Below are positions 62,501 to 64,000 of a stretch of 64,000 nucleotides of DNA, piece after piece. Every line of letters starts with the position of its first letter. Positions within the stretch are counted from its first letter, which is position 1. Position numbers and translations under genes: made by a program. Source of the DNA: Psammoneis japonica (lineage: Eukaryota); the NCBI GenBank assembly GCA_008632985.1, contig QPGO01000001.1:590404-654403 (forward strand), written 5' to 3'. The notes beneath the pieces were generated by a model. That model saw only the letters and a program-made list of their open reading frames with translations. It did not search any database and was not told the DNA's origin.

Positions 62501-64000
62501 TCCGCCCCCGGAGCGCACTGTGCAGCCCAAGGACCCCCCCTTCGAGTCTCTTCGGCCTTGCTTTGGCTTCCAACCTGCCAATGCGGTTCGTCGCACTTTC
62601 GACTGCACCGCGCAGTGCGCCCACATGCCCACCGGTGCACACCTTGGGAAGGCCCACAAATCGCCCAACCCCACCCTTAATGTGCACCGCCGCAACGAGC
62701 CTGTCGCCACTGACGCCGTTTGTGCCGACACCCCGGCCGTCGACTCTGGTTGCACCAGCGCCCAACTGTTTGTTGGCACCGAGTCTACCGTCACTGACGT
62801 CTACGGCACCAAAACGGACAAAGAGTTTGTCAACACACTCGAGGATCAGATCCGTGAGCCTGGTGCTCCATCCAAACTCATTGGCGACCGTGCTCAAGTT
62901 GAGATCAGCAACAAGGTGCTCGGGATCCTGCGAGCCCTCTTTGTCTCCAGCTGGCAAAGTGAGCCTCACCAGCAACACCAAAACTTTGCTGAACGTTGAC
63001 ACCAGACCGTGAAGCGCATGGCGAACACTGTCATGGATCGTTTTGGTTCTCCTGCCCACACATGGCTGCTGGCGCTCATGTGCGTGTGCTTCATGCTCAA
63101 CCACACAGTGTCCCCACGTCTCCACTGGCGCACGCCCCTCGAGACTCTCACTGGCTCCACCCCGGACATCAGCCCATTGCTTCGCTTTCACTGGTGGGAA
63201 CCCGCGCACTTCCACCTTGATGACTCCGATTGGCCATCTGAATCCTGTGAGTTGCGTGGACGCTTTGTTGGCATTGCTGAGCACGTTGGCCACCAGATGA
63301 CCTTCAAGATTCTCTCTGATGAGACTCAGAAGATCCTCTGCCGGTCCAACGTACAATCCGCTGCCACCAATCCTGCCGTTCAAAACCTGCGTCTTGATCC
63401 TCCTGATGGGGAGCCACCTGAGCCCATCATCAAATCTCGCCATGACGACAACCCCGTCGATTCACCTGATGGGGAGATCAGGACACCCAAGATGCCAGTT
63501 TTTGATCCGCAAGACATCATTGGACGCACCTTCTTCATGCAGCCACAAGAGGATGGACAACGCCACAGAGCTCGCATTGTCAAGGCCGTCGAAGACCACG
63601 AATGGAAAGTGAGCGGCAATCCCGAGCTCACTGAGTTCTTCTGCTCTGTCAACAACGACGAATGCGAGGAAGTCCTGGCCTGCAATGACATCATGAATCA
63701 AATTGAGCAAGAAGACGAAGACACTGCTGTTTGGAAATTTTGACGCATTGTGTCACACGAAGGACCTCTGAAGCCTCATGACCCAACCTGGAAAGGCTCA
63801 AGCTACAACATTGTGCTTGAATGGGAAAGTGGGGAGATCACGTCCGAGCCTCTTGCCATCATTGCCAAGGACAACCCTGTCACCTGCGCCATCCATGCAT
63901 GAGAGAACGGACTTCTCGACACTGATGGCTGGAAGCAGTTCCGCGCCATCGCGAGGCGCCAGAAGAAGCTGTTCTGCATGGCCAACCAAGCCAAGCTTCG
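59540..64000 (+). mobile_element. Ty1/copia (CoDi-like) retrotransposon: leader, gag, protease and integrase; continues past the window end
   Basis: Single frame from ATG 60135: FKRGIKHDP (gag), VDRGANGG (protease), PVATD...DSG, SEPHQQHQNFAE and GRFVGIAEHVGH (integrase), EWESGEITSEPL. tcaagtc repeats in the leader. LTR boundary not resolved. Confidence 0.93.

Noticed and set aside
1..64000. Hundreds of short Cys/His-rich ORFs in the supplied track as real genes
   Set aside because: They overlap in all frames, lack Tyr and are explained by the loss of TAA/TAG in mutated repeats.
1..64000. Alternative genetic code or genome-wide Tyr avoidance
   Set aside because: Host genes in the same window use Tyr and TAA/TAG/TGA normally, and TA loss is frame-independent and affects non-coding MITEs.
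1..64000. Classical RIP or CpG deamination as the sole explanation
   Set aside because: These produce C-to-T changes and cannot turn TAY codons into TGY/CAY. CpG decay is present (CGA to TGA stops) but is a separate signal.

Overview
Eukaryotic nuclear DNA, most likely a pennate diatom (inferred from CoDi-type Ty1/copia elements, short GT-AG introns and gene content). Most of the window is nested, decayed transposon sequence: two Ty1/copia elements, a Ty3/gypsy integrase fragment, a Plavaka-type transposase with a companion gene present twice, a MULE transposase with a large convergent cargo gene, and several TIR-bounded non-autonomous elements. Two islands of ordinary composition carry host genes. 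The first (~19.8-24.7 kb) holds a frameshifted F-box/TerD gene and a Fringe/GT31-like gene. The second (~43.3-46.4 kb) holds a LigG-like omega GST and a ParB-like nuclease. The main signal is a repeat-restricted hypermutation in which TpA has been converted almost to saturation into TpG or CpA (A:T to G:C transitions on either strand). It turns conserved Tyr into Cys/His, erases TAA/TAG stops and changes GTAAG splice donors to GCAAG, while gene islands and one young MITE copy keep their TpA. The direction is opposite to fungal RIP and the change is distinct from CpG decay, which is also present. I know of no description of such a system, but I could not check the literature. All family calls come from motif recognition by eye, not database searches.
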